From a virus (lineage: Duplodnaviria > Heunggongvirae > Uroviricota > Caudoviricetes): a DNA stretch of 10,183 nucleotides. The notes beneath the pieces were generated by a model. The model was given only the letters and a program-made list of their open reading frames with translations. It searched no databases and had not been told where the DNA came from. Position 1 is the stretch's first letter; each line of letters starts with the position of its first letter. Of the stretch, positions 1-7,558 are shown in pieces. A program made the translations under genes and the position numbers. The DNA lies in IMG/VR virus record IMGVR_UViG_3300029721_000031, one strand, 5' to 3'.

Positions 1-971
1 GTGATGCGCGGCTCCGTGCCGCCAAAGCCGTCCGGCACTGACTGGTCGCAGTACTGGCCGATGACATACAGCGCCCATTTATCCACATCCGCCGCACCAA
101 GACGTTTCCCCATGCCGTAGCGCGGATGGGTCAGCATATCCCACAGACACCAGGCCATGTTGTTGCTGTATGCTGGCTTAAACGTTCCGTCCCAGATACC
201 GCTGTATTGCCGCGTCTGCGGGTTATAGTTCGACGGCACCTGCAGAATGCGCCCGCGCAGATGATAATTACGGCTCACCTGCTGGCTGCCGAACTGCTCC
301 GAATCCACCTGCACGCCGACCAGTGCCGTGTTCGGGTAGCACTGTTTCACATCGATGATTTCGGTGTATGACGACCAGAGCGTTTTGTTCTGCAGCTGGT
401 CTGTGGTGCTGTCCGGCGTCATCCTGCGCATCCGTATATTGAACGGGCGCGGCGGCAGGTTACCCACCACCACCGAGGCCAGATACTGCGAGGTGGTTTT
501 GCCCTTAATGGTGATGTCTTTTTCCGTCACCCAGCCACCATTACGCTGTATCTGAACCAGCAGACGGACTTCCGACGGATTCCTGTCACCCTTTGAGGTG
601 GTTTCCACCAGTGCCTGTACACCGAAGGTAAAGCGCAGACGGTCGATGTTTGCCGACGTAATGGTGCGGGTGATCGGCGTGTCATATTTCACTTCCGTAC
701 CCAGCACCGTCTCGGAGCCGGAGGATTCAAATCCCTCCGGCGGTGACTGCTCCTGCTCACCTGCCCGGAACACCACCGTGACGCCGGATATATTGGTATT
801 CCCCTCACTGTCCAGCACCGGCGTACTGTTCAGCAGCACGCTTTTTAATCCATCCACCGGACCTTCAATCGGCCCTTCGCTGATGGCATCAATCACACTC
901 AGCAGCTGCGTGGATTTCAGGTTGTCCTTCGCTTCGCGCGGGGTATGCCCCTTACTGCTGCCTTTACCCAT
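1..971 (-). CDS. J: Tail tip / host-specificity protein J, N-terminal ~323 aa only; the gene continues beyond the left edge of the window
   Basis: Minus-strand frame opens with ATG at 971..969 and translates MGKGSSKGHTPREAKDNLKS..., which matches my recollection of the lambda J N-terminus. It stays open to position 1. The 60-nt spacer to the I stop equals the lambda I-J spacing as I recall it. Confidence 0.9.
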   Translation of the reverse strand, partial: MGKGSSKGHTPREAKDNLKSTQLLSVIDAISEGPIEGPVDGLKSVLLNSTPVLDSEGNTNISGVTVVFRAGEQEQSPPEGFESSGSETVLGTEVKYDTPITRTITSANIDRLRFTFGVQALVETTSKGDRNPSEVRLLVQIQRNGGWVTEKDITIKGKTTSQYLASVVVGNLPPRPFNIRMRRMTPDSTTDQLQNKTLWSSYTEIIDVKQCYPNTALVGVQVDSEQFGSQQVSRNYHLRGRILQVPSNYNPQTRQYSGIWDGTFKPAYSNNMAWCLWDMLTHPRYGMGKRLGAADVDKWALYVIGQYCDQSVPDGFGGTEPRI

Positions 972-993
972 TCGTCATGCTCCATAAACGATA

Positions 994-1013
994 AAACCGC
1001 CCGGAGGCGGTTT
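994..1013 (-). terminator. Terminator-like stem-loop in the I-J intergenic spacer (8-bp stem, 4-nt loop, followed by a U-rich tract on the transcript)
   Basis: Plus strand reads AAACCGCC cgga GGCGGTTT, a perfect inverted repeat. On the minus-strand transcript the stem is followed by UUUUAUCGUUUAU before the J start codon. Confidence 0.35.
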
Positions 1014-1031
1014 CACATAAAACGTTTTTCA

Positions 1032-1673
1032 TCAGCGACCAATCACCACAACCTGACCACCATCACCTTCATCTGCTGTGCTGATCTCCTGAGATACCAC
1101 ACGTGATCCCACGCGCATTTCACCGTACAGAACGGGCAGAACATTGCCCTGGGCAACCATATTATCCAGTGAAGAAAAATAGGTGTTCTGTTTGCCGTTA
1201 TCCGTTGTCTGTGTGCGGGGGGTTTTGGGTTTAGGGGCCAGCATCTGTGCAACACCGCCAAGCGTCATACTGGCACCGAGAGAAAACAGCAGATTACTCG
1301 CCATAATTCCTACCCCCGGCATCCATATAGCAACCGCCATAACAGCCGCCCCCAGCACAGCCTGAAACACACCGCCACTTTTGGCTCCTGCCAGACGCGG
1401 CACGATATGGATCACGGCACCATTTTCCAGCGGCTCATTAAGACGGGCAGACAATTCGGTTTCACCTGCATCACGCCCGGCAATGCGTACCTGGTACCAG
1501 CCGTCGCTCAGTTTCTGACGAAATGCCGGGATCTGCATGGCCAGCGCCCGGATGGCTTCGGACCCCGTTTTCACTCGAAGGTCGATGCGGCGGCCAAATC
1601 GTTGTAAATCCCCGTAAAGGCAGATGCGTGCCATGCCCGGTGACGCCAGAGGGAGTGTGTGCGTCGCTGCCAT
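1032..1673 (-). CDS. I: Tail assembly protein I (213 aa)
   Basis: ORF translation MAATHTLPLASPGMARICLYGDLQRFGRR... and C-terminus ...EMRVGSRVVSQEISTADEGDGGQVVVIGR match my recollection of lambda gpI. Its start overlaps the 3' end of K by 103 nt in another frame, as in lambda. Confidence 0.9.
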   Translation of the reverse strand: MAATHTLPLASPGMARICLYGDLQRFGRRIDLRVKTGSEAIRALAMQIPAFRQKLSDGWYQVRIAGRDAGETELSARLNEPLENGAVIHIVPRLAGAKSGGVFQAVLGAAVMAVAIWMPGVGIMASNLLFSLGASMTLGGVAQMLAPKPKTPRTQTTDNGKQNTYFSSLDNMVAQGNVLPVLYGEMRVGSRVVSQEISTADEGDGGQVVVIGR

Positions 1674-2309
1674 TTGTCGGTGTACCTCTCTCGTTTGCTC
1701 AGTTGTTCAGGAATATGGTGCNNNNNNNNNNNNNNNNNNNNNNNNNNNNNNNNNNNNNNNNNNNNNNNNNNNNNNNNNNNNNNNNACATCGCCCGGCTGC
1801 GCCGCTGACAACGGCACCTGATACAGCCCTGTGGCCTCCAGATTATCCAGATAGAGATTCTGACCGTTACGCCACCAGTCATCCCCGCGATGAAAATCCG
1901 GCATCTCAATTCCCGCCAGATGGTAAGCGTCCCGGAACAGCGTGTAACAGTCCGTTACCCCGTGCTCAAAGCGCCGCCCGGTGAGATGCGGCACACAGCG
2001 GAATTTATGAATCGCCCCCCGGCAGACCAGCCACCACGGCAAATCACTCTGTACCTGCAGCCGCCGGTCGGCCTCACTCAGCCAGGGCAGACCACCGGGG
2101 TGGCTGTGGACCAGCGCCACAATCTCTCCCTGCATTTCTGCACTCAGCCAGTCCTCCGGCGACATCCGGAAATACTCCTCCGGCTCACCGGAGATATTCA
2201 CGCAGGGAAAATATCTTTCCTCCTCCGGCGTTCTCACCACGAAGCCGCACGACTCCGCTGGCGCACATCGCCGGGCGTGCGCCAGAATCGCTGATTCTGT
2301 CTCTGTCAT
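1571..2309 (-). CDS. K: Tail assembly protein K (MPN/JAMM metalloprotease-like N-domain plus NlpC/P60-like C-domain), interrupted by an assembly gap
   Basis: N-terminal part (2309..1786) carries a JAMM-type motif HSHPGG...SEADRR and the Cys-containing DCYTLF segment. After the N-run the K C-terminus ...HHIPEQLSKRERYTDKWQRRTHSLWRHRAW... continues in a different frame (1721..1571). The ORF-track call 1707..2309 ending APYS is therefore a gap artifact. Confidence 0.8.
1722..1785. other. Assembly gap / masked region (64 N)
   Basis: Run of 64 n characters in the sequence. The reading frame of K differs on the two sides, so the gap length is not the true length of the missing sequence. Confidence 0.99.
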
Positions 2310-2314
2310 GGGAT

Positions 2315-3013
2315 TTACTGCGAAAGTTTGTTAATGGAAAGGAAGCTGCCAAAGTTGCCGACATTATTGCGAAACTTACAGCCACTCAGGCATTTGCTGC
2401 ATTTATCCTTCGTGATATCGGACGTCGGCTGGTCATATTCATCCGCGACCGCCGGACCGCTATAACCGCACTCATCGCCGCGATAGGTCCAGGTGCAGGT
2501 GTTGGCCAGCATGATACGTCCCGGAAAAACAGCGCCATCCGTTTCAGTCGGCGTGGACAGTACAAAAGAGGCACTGACCGCGCTCAGTTCGCTGCACTGC
2601 TCGATGCGCCAGCGGCTGATCACCTCCTGCTCCGGATCGGCTTCGCTGTTTCCGTTGACGAAGTTCACCGCATCCAGAAAGCGGGCGTAAACCTTACGCC
2701 GGACCACCGTTCCGCCGACCAGACTCTGCAGATCTTCCGCCATCCCGGTGATCATGCCGTGCAGGTTAGAGACCGCCAGTGTCGGACGGGCAGCACTGCC
2801 CTTGCCGTTCATCTCAAATCCACTCCCCTGAATGGGATAGGCCTGATACTGCCGACTCTGCCAGGTGACAGACTCACCTTTTTCGTTCTGCTCATTACAG
2901 AAAAAGTAGCGATCCCCGCCTACCTCGGTCAGGTCGATTTCCCAGAGCACCACGCTGGCCGACTGCTCCGCACGAATGCATTCATTCAGCGTTTCCTGTT
3001 GTATGTCCTGCAT
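2315..3013 (-). CDS. L: Minor tail protein L (232 aa)
   Basis: Translation MQDIQQETLNECIRAEQSASVVLWEIDLTEVGG...GNFGSFLSINKLSQ has the same length as lambda gpL and closely matches my recollection of it. The start codon overlaps the M stop (TGATG). Confidence 0.9.
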   Translation of the reverse strand: MQDIQQETLNECIRAEQSASVVLWEIDLTEVGGDRYFFCNEQNEKGESVTWQSRQYQAYPIQGSGFEMNGKGSAARPTLAVSNLHGMITGMAEDLQSLVGGTVVRRKVYARFLDAVNFVNGNSEADPEQEVISRWRIEQCSELSAVSASFVLSTPTETDGAVFPGRIMLANTCTWTYRGDECGYSGPAVADEYDQPTSDITKDKCSKCLSGCKFRNNVGNFGSFLSINKLSQ

Positions 3014-3312
3014 CAGATCACCACTTCGTCAAACTGACACGAAAAATCGGTATAGGTGATATGTTCTGTCGCTGACCACGTTCGACACACCACTCTGATT
3101 TTTCTGTTAATACCCGGCGGGCGCCAAAAAAAAGATTTATAGCCTTCATGCCGGGCTAAAAATTTTTCAAATGAATCACGTTCATTCGCCTCAACTTTGA
3201 AATCACAGGTGAAAACGCGCAGAGAATGATTAAGTCCATTTGGACTTCGTTGCTCATAACCATCGCCAAATCTTACAGTTTTTATCGATGGTTTATTTTC
3301 TGTTTTCATTCC
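3013..3312 (-). CDS. M: Minor tail protein M (about 99 aa from ATG at 3312; the ORF track extends to a GTG at 3351)
   Basis: MKTENKPSIKTVRFGDGYEQRSPNGLN... resembles lambda gpM (conserved VRFGDGY, KSF-W-PP segments). The ATG at 3312 is preceded by GAGGATGGA (Shine-Dalgarno). The alternative GTG at 3351 overlaps the tape measure stop and has no obvious RBS. Confidence 0.8.
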   Translation of the reverse strand, partial: GMKTENKPSIKTVRFGDGYEQRSPNGLNHSLRVFTCDFKVEANERDSFEKFLARHEGYKSFFWRPPGINRKIRVVCRTWSATEHITYTDFSCQFDEVVI

Positions 3313-3343
3313 ATCCTCTGGTAACCAGTGAAATTCTTCCGTA

Positions 3344-6300
3344 TTAGCCACTTAACATTCCCCCATCACGTCGCATATTTAACAGATTGCCCTGCACCCG
3401 CTGATCAACCATCCCCATAAGTGCTTTTATTGCCTGAGGGCCAATCTCTCCATTCTGGCCGTCATTTTGAATAGTGATTTGGTATACAGGGGCATAGGTA
3501 ATATCTCCGCCTCCATTACCACTTTTACTATTAACAGCTCTGACACCAAGAGAACCATCGGAAGTTCGTGTTAATGGCATAATGGCTTCCGGACCAGCCT
3601 CACCAAAAACACCAGCCCCTCTTGCAAAAGCAAAAAATTGCGGGGAATCATAAATACCGTTCGAATACGTGTTCAATGACGGAGACTCATAAACACCGCC
3701 CTTTGCATTCGGAATAAATTTACTAATAGCACTCCCGATAGTTCCTAAAATCCCCCCAGAAGAACTGTTACTAATGCTGTCGAAAATCCCAGTAATTGAA
3801 GCCTTTAATGCTATTCGACTAAGATCCGAAATCACGGAAGTAGCGAAAGAACGAAAATTTGCTTTGCCTGTCGTGACAAAATCACCCAGCGCATCGGTCA
3901 TTCCATCAAACATCTGAGTCGTGGTTGATTTTATCTGCTCACTGATATCCTTAGTGTCATCCAGCCAGTTATTGAATCCCTGGGAGGCACCACTAACCCA
4001 GTCTCCTGCCTGAATATCGAGCTGCTCGTTTTTCTGTCTGACAATTTCTTTTTCTCGTTCCAGAGCATCATTCAGAGCCTGCATTTTCTCCTGAAAAACA
4101 TGATTTGACATCCCACGGGATTTATCTGCATAGTCACGTTCAAGTTGCAGACGCTGATTGTTATATTCACGTTCAATCCGCAGTAATTCCTGCTGGCGTT
4201 GCTGATTTTTATCGCCAACCCCATAACCAGCAATCTGAATATCATACCCCTGTTGACGATTATCAATCGAAGCCTGCAATGAATCACGCCATGCAGCTAT
4301 TTCGGCTGATTCCTTGATTAGCCTGTTATTTTTTTCAATCGCAACATTTTTCTCCATCAACGCGGTTATTTCTTCCCGGTGTAAGAGAAGCGATTTCTGA
4401 TCCTTGGTTAATTTCGATGACGGTCGTGACTCCAGGTCGGCAATCTGCTGACGCCACTTAACCAGTTCCTGTTCAGAGGAACTTAATTTAACGGTTAATT
4501 CAGTTTGTGAACTTAGTAACGCATTCTGTTGATTCAGATGATCAATCATTCGTTGGGCAGCATCATCCGAATAACCTTTCGCCTTTGGTTGCTTTGGATC
4601 TTTATAACGCTCATTTATTTGAGCGATAAGATTATTATATTCTTCCTTTGAATACTGACTCTTTAGTTTTTCCAGTTTTGCAAGTTCACTAGCTCTCTGC
4701 TGCTCCCGGGTCTGATATTGTTTTGAAAAGGCATCTGCTCTCTGTCTGAGTTCAATTCCTTCCTGTTGTCGCTTGTTGTAATCGTTTATTGATGAATTTA
4801 GTACGTCCTGAGCAATTTTTTCTGCTTGAAGTACGCCCAATTGCTGCTTTAATCGTGCCAGCCTTTTATTTTGAGCTCCGCCATCTCCAATGCCACCTAA
4901 CCCGAAAACTCCGGGTCGGGTATTTTTTTCTATTTCATCAATTTGACGGAGAACATCTGAGATTTTTTGATCAAGGGAGGCCTCACGGCCAATATCCAGC
5001 ATGGAATCCCATGCCCATTTTGCGGAGTCTGCGACAGCTTTCCATGCAGTCTCAAGATAACCAAGATTTTCTTTAATCTGGTTGGTGCGCTGGATCATTG
5101 AGGATGAGTATGCTTCTGTCGCAATGCGGGCGGCCTCCTGCTGGTTCCCTTCATCCTGTAGCGCCTTAATCTGGTTATAAGTCGCAATTGTCAGAAAATG
5201 GTACTGATCATTAAGTTTTGATATGGCACTGACAGGATCCTTTGCAATTTCATTGAAGTCATTAACCAGTTGTTCGGTTGATATTCCTGTTACTTCGCTC
5301 GTTTTTACTATCGCTGTCGTCACTTGCTCCAGCGAACTGCTCGCTACCTTTCCCGAACGCACAAGCTGGTTTAATACTGCCGCCGCAGCGCCAGTTGTCG
5401 AATCAGCCGCATTCCCGGCACGTTGAACTATATCGGCCAATTGCCCGCTGGTTGTCCCCAACTGATTTCCGGTAAGAATAAGAGACTTATTAAATTCGTC
5501 CTGCTCCTGAGAGCCTTTATAGTAAGCCAGCCCTAAGACGCCAACGGCTGCTGCGGCCAGGGTAAAAGGATTAATTAATCCCAGCACATAAGAACCAACA
5601 CCTTTGATCGCCGGGCCAATCCCACCGAACATATCTTTTAGCTGGCCGCCCTGCTGCATTAACACCATAAAAGGCGACTGACCAGTGGACAACCCAACAA
5701 CAATATCCGTCATTTGTGCAGGCAACATGCGCATAGCAAAAGCCGTTTGTTTTGCCGACATTCCGGTTTTGCTTAATTGAGATTGAGTAACCTCAAGCTC
5801 ACTCCGCATAGCACGAAGTTTTCCAGAAAGTTCCTCATACATTTCAGGAGAGAGCATCCCCTTAGCTTTTGCTTCATTGAGCTGTTTCTGTTGTTCTACC
5901 AGACGATTAAAAGCAGTTCCGACAGGGTCAAGTTGAGCAATCAGACGTTGCAAAGCAGCAACCTGTTCATCATGCGCTTTTGCTGCTTCTCGCTCTGCCT
6001 GAGCCTCTCCGGTAAGCTCTCGCCGTGTTTCCTGTATTTTTCGGCTATAATTCTCAAACTGAGAACCATTTATTTTCCCGGATGCAAACGCAGCATTAAG
6101 TTCATCCTGCTGTTGTTCAAGATTTCTTAGCGCCGCAGCCAGAGGGTCGATCTTGTCCAGCATTCTTTGAAAGGCCTGAGTCTGCGCTTCCTGCTGGGCG
6201 GCAGCAAGTTTTCCGGCCTTCTCGGCTTCTCTCTGCGCTTGCGCAACCCCGCTCAATTCCTCTGTGGTTTCATTAAGTTTACGGACAAGAAATTCATATT

Positions 6301-6577
6301 CTTCTTTATCAATAAGCCCTTTATCGAAAAATTTCTTTAATTCAGAATAGCGTCGACCGACAGTATCAATTGCGGCACCAACTGGATCAATAGCTGCTTT
6401 TAATTTTGCGAGCGCGTTCTTCTCATCTTCTGTTGCCTTAGTCACTTTCCCTGCGCTATTTGCAGCAGTTTCCCCGGCCTGCGTCATTTTGACTAATGAG
6501 GAGGTCAGATTGTCAGCATTATTTTTTGCTCCAGTGCTATCAATAATTATTGCGAGACGCGAGGTTTGCTCTGCCAT
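3344..6577 (-). CDS. H: Tail tape measure protein (1077 aa), lambda H-like core with an N-terminal repeat extension
   Basis: Long coiled-coil-rich ORF. Segments [59 protein letters not shown], and the C-terminal [38 protein letters not shown] resemble lambda gpH as I recall it. It sits between G-T and M. Start ATG at 6577 with GGAG 9 nt upstream. Confidence 0.92.
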   Translation of the reverse strand: MAEQTSRLAIIIDSTGAKNNADNLTSSLVKMTQAGETAANSAGKVTKATEDEKNALAKLKAAIDPVGAAIDTVGRRYSELKKFFDKGLIDKEEYEFLVRKLNETTEELSGVAQAQREAEKAGKLAAAQQEAQTQAFQRMLDKIDPLAAALRNLEQQQDELNAAFASGKINGSQFENYSRKIQETRRELTGEAQAEREAAKAHDEQVAALQRLIAQLDPVGTAFNRLVEQQKQLNEAKAKGMLSPEMYEELSGKLRAMRSELEVTQSQLSKTGMSAKQTAFAMRMLPAQMTDIVVGLSTGQSPFMVLMQQGGQLKDMFGGIGPAIKGVGSYVLGLINPFTLAAAAVGVLGLAYYKGSQEQDEFNKSLILTGNQLGTTSGQLADIVQRAGNAADSTTGAAAAVLNQLVRSGKVASSSLEQVTTAIVKTSEVTGISTEQLVNDFNEIAKDPVSAISKLNDQYHFLTIATYNQIKALQDEGNQQEAARIATEAYSSSMIQRTNQIKENLGYLETAWKAVADSAKWAWDSMLDIGREASLDQKISDVLRQIDEIEKNTRPGVFGLGGIGDGGAQNKRLARLKQQLGVLQAEKIAQDVLNSSINDYNKRQQEGIELRQRADAFSKQYQTREQQRASELAKLEKLKSQYSKEEYNNLIAQINERYKDPKQPKAKGYSDDAAQRMIDHLNQQNALLSSQTELTVKLSSSEQELVKWRQQIADLESRPSSKLTKDQKSLLLHREEITALMEKNVAIEKNNRLIKESAEIAAWRDSLQASIDNRQQGYDIQIAGYGVGDKNQQRQQELLRIEREYNNQRLQLERDYADKSRGMSNHVFQEKMQALNDALEREKEIVRQKNEQLDIQAGDWVSGASQGFNNWLDDTKDISEQIKSTTTQMFDGMTDALGDFVTTGKANFRSFATSVISDLSRIALKASITGIFDSISNSSSGGILGTIGSAISKFIPNAKGGVYESPSLNTYSNGIYDSPQFFAFARGAGVFGEAGPEAIMPLTRTSDGSLGVRAVNSKSGNGGGDITYAPVYQITIQNDGQNGEIGPQAIKALMGMVDQRVQGNLLNMRRDGGMLSG
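5777..6391 (-). repeat. Three tandem in-frame repeats (~73-80 aa each) in the tape measure N-terminus
   Basis: Protein repeats begin IDPVGAAI (aa 63), IDPLAAAL (aa 143) and LDPVGTAF (aa 216). Each is followed by similar helical segments, e.g. [16 protein letters not shown] vs [16 protein letters not shown]. The corresponding DNA motifs (actggatcaatagctgc, agggtcgatcttgtcc, agggtcaagttgagc) are visible on the plus strand. Confidence 0.6.
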
Positions 6578-6600
6578 TTATTAAAACTCCAGACAACAAA

Positions 6601-6620
6601 AAGCCCACCGAAGTGGGTTT
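6601..6620 (-). terminator. Terminator-like hairpin (5-bp GC stem, UUCG tetraloop, U5 tract) 24 nt upstream of the tape measure start codon
   Basis: Minus-strand RNA reads AAACCCAC UUCG GUGGG CUUUUUGUUGU. It lies within a 163-nt non-coding spacer (6578..6740) between the T stop and the TMP start. Confidence 0.4.
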
Positions 6621-6740
6621 CAGGCGACATAATAGTAGATATAGCGATTACGAGGCCACGCAATGCTTTTCTCCAGGAGCATCATCGATTTAATTAAAGA
6701 CACCATCACATCTCTGTAACAGAGTGTACGTAATTAACAA

Positions 6741-7061
6741 CTACACACACTGCTCCTGAAAATACTGGTCATCCAGTGCAAAGATCACTGCTTCAAACTC
6801 ATCGCGCTCAATCAATACCGGATGAGTGGCTAAATATTCATTTATCTCTGTCAGAGATAAAGGCAAAGGCACCCCGGTCATTCCAGCATAACGTCGGGCA
6901 CGGGATATTACCGAATAGGCGTACAACAATTCCTTAAGCACCGGGTCTATTTCTGGTTCCGGTATCGGTGGCAACCTGAGTTTTTCTCGCTTCCATCTTG
7001 CCTTTTCCCCCCTTTCTCCCCCGAACTCCGATAACCACCGCTGGGCGGCTATGGCTTTTTT
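6741..7061 (-). CDS. T: T extension of the G-T fusion chaperone, reached by programmed -1 frameshift from G (no ATG of its own)
   Basis: The -1 frame relative to G is open from 7085 to the TAG at 6743..6741 and has no ATG start (the ORF track begins it at a TTG, 6974). A -1 slip at A_AAA_AAG would give ...DTIKK-AIAAQRWLSEFGGERGEKARWKREKLRLPPIPEPEIDPV...QEQCV, a G-T product of about 255 aa. Confidence 0.7.
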   Translation of the reverse strand, partial: KKAIAAQRWLSEFGGERGEKARWKREKLRLPPIPEPEIDPVLKELLYAYSVISRARRYAGMTGVPLPLSLTEINEYLATHPVLIERDEFEAVIFALDDQYFQEQCV

Positions 7062-7510
7062 ATCGTATCCTGCTTCTGCTGCTCTTTACCCTGGGCGATG
7101 CTGGCTGCTTCTGCAAGGATCTGCCAGTACAACTCTGGATTCTGCTTAAGCAGCGCGATCCCTCGTTCTGGCGTATATTCCAGTGCAACCTCAGCACCAT
7201 TAACCAGTTCACCAACCCCTTTCCAGTCTTTCAGCAGATAACGAGCAGCATTATCAATGAGTAAATCATCAACAGAATCTACCTCGGAAACCTTTGAAAT
7301 ATCAAACTCCTTCGTTCCGACGTGCAAACTGGCATCCATTTTCTCAATGTGACGACGGATTAATGCATTACGGGAGCGATACTGATCGTTATCGCTGCTT
7401 GCCACCAACAGTTTTAACCCGTCTATAGGTTTTAAGTCCTTCATTGGCGTAAACCAGCGTTCTCCACCGATGATAATTTTCTGATTAAGAATAAACATCC
7501 ATAACCTCAT
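7049..7510 (-). CDS. G: Tail assembly chaperone G (153 aa from ATG at 7510; alternative start ATG at 7498 gives MFILNQ...)
   Basis: Small acidic ORF immediately downstream of the major tail gene and upstream of the tape measure, i.e. the conserved G position. It ends ...QDTIKKP with a slippery heptamer spanning its last codons. Confidence 0.75.
   Translation of the reverse strand: MRLWMFILNQKIIIGGERWFTPMKDLKPIDGLKLLVASSDNDQYRSRNALIRRHIEKMDASLHVGTKEFDISKVSEVDSVDDLLIDNAARYLLKDWKGVGELVNGAEVALEYTPERGIALLKQNPELYWQILAEAASIAQGKEQQKQDTIKKP
7055..7061 (-). promoter_or_regulatory. Putative -1 ribosomal frameshift slippery heptamer A_AAA_AAG
   Basis: Minus-strand sequence gat acg ata aaa aag cca tag: the heptamer A AAA AAG occupies the last two Lys codons of G, one codon before the G stop. 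The same heptamer type is used by E. coli dnaX. Confidence 0.65.
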
Positions 7511-7519
7511 TCAATGCGT

Positions 7520-7546
7520 CCCCCTGTAGTGCAGTACCACAGGGGG
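7520..7546 (-). promoter_or_regulatory. Strong hairpin in the V-G intergenic region whose 3' arm overlaps the predicted G Shine-Dalgarno
   Basis: Inverted repeat CCCCCTGT(7520..7527) / ACAGGGGG(7539..7546). On the transcript the stem can extend to ~11 bp with one G-U pair and a 5-nt loop. The 3' arm ACAGGGGG ends 9 nt before ATG 7510. No U-tract follows, so it is not a canonical terminator. Confidence 0.45.
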
Positions 7547-7558
7547 AATAACGGAAAA

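Noticed and set aside
126-987. Three plus-strand ORFs (126..371, 355..555, 598..987)
   Set aside because: They lie antisense to the J coding frame, which matches lambda J from its first codon. They have no RBS and no recognisable protein features, so they are shadow ORFs.
1043-1984. Overlapping ORFs on both strands (1043..1261, 1183..1365, 1407..1607, 1523..1984, 1624..1821)
   Set aside because: All are alternate-frame or antisense shadows of I and K. Several owe their length to the N-run being translated as X.
1707-2309. ORF-track version of K ending ...PGD-X22-APYS
   Set aside because: The post-gap segment in this frame is 4 codons of noise. The true K C-terminus is in the frame of ORF 1571..1909, so the frame break is a gap-length artifact.
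1890-3037. Plus-strand ORFs 1890..2294, 2493..2690, 2759..3037 and minus-strand 2185..2385, 2386..2574
   Set aside because: Antisense or alternate-frame to the well-supported K and L genes. GC-rich DNA generates long spurious ORFs.
4072-6130. ORFs inside or antisense to the tape measure gene (4072..4287, 4105..4317, 4789..5076, 5223..5426, 5278..5475, 5777..6130)
   Set aside because: Low-complexity translations with no start signals, fully contained in the TMP coding region. The 117-aa ORF at 5777..6130 is Leu/Phe/Ser-rich antisense noise.
6578-6740. Possible tiny ORFs in the T-TMP spacer (27 aa on the minus strand, 18 aa on the plus strand) and a sigma70-like promoter (TTGCGT ... TATATC)
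   Set aside because: No convincing RBS. The promoter spacing is about 14 nt rather than 17. Too weak to call without expression data; the spacer is kept as a finding instead.
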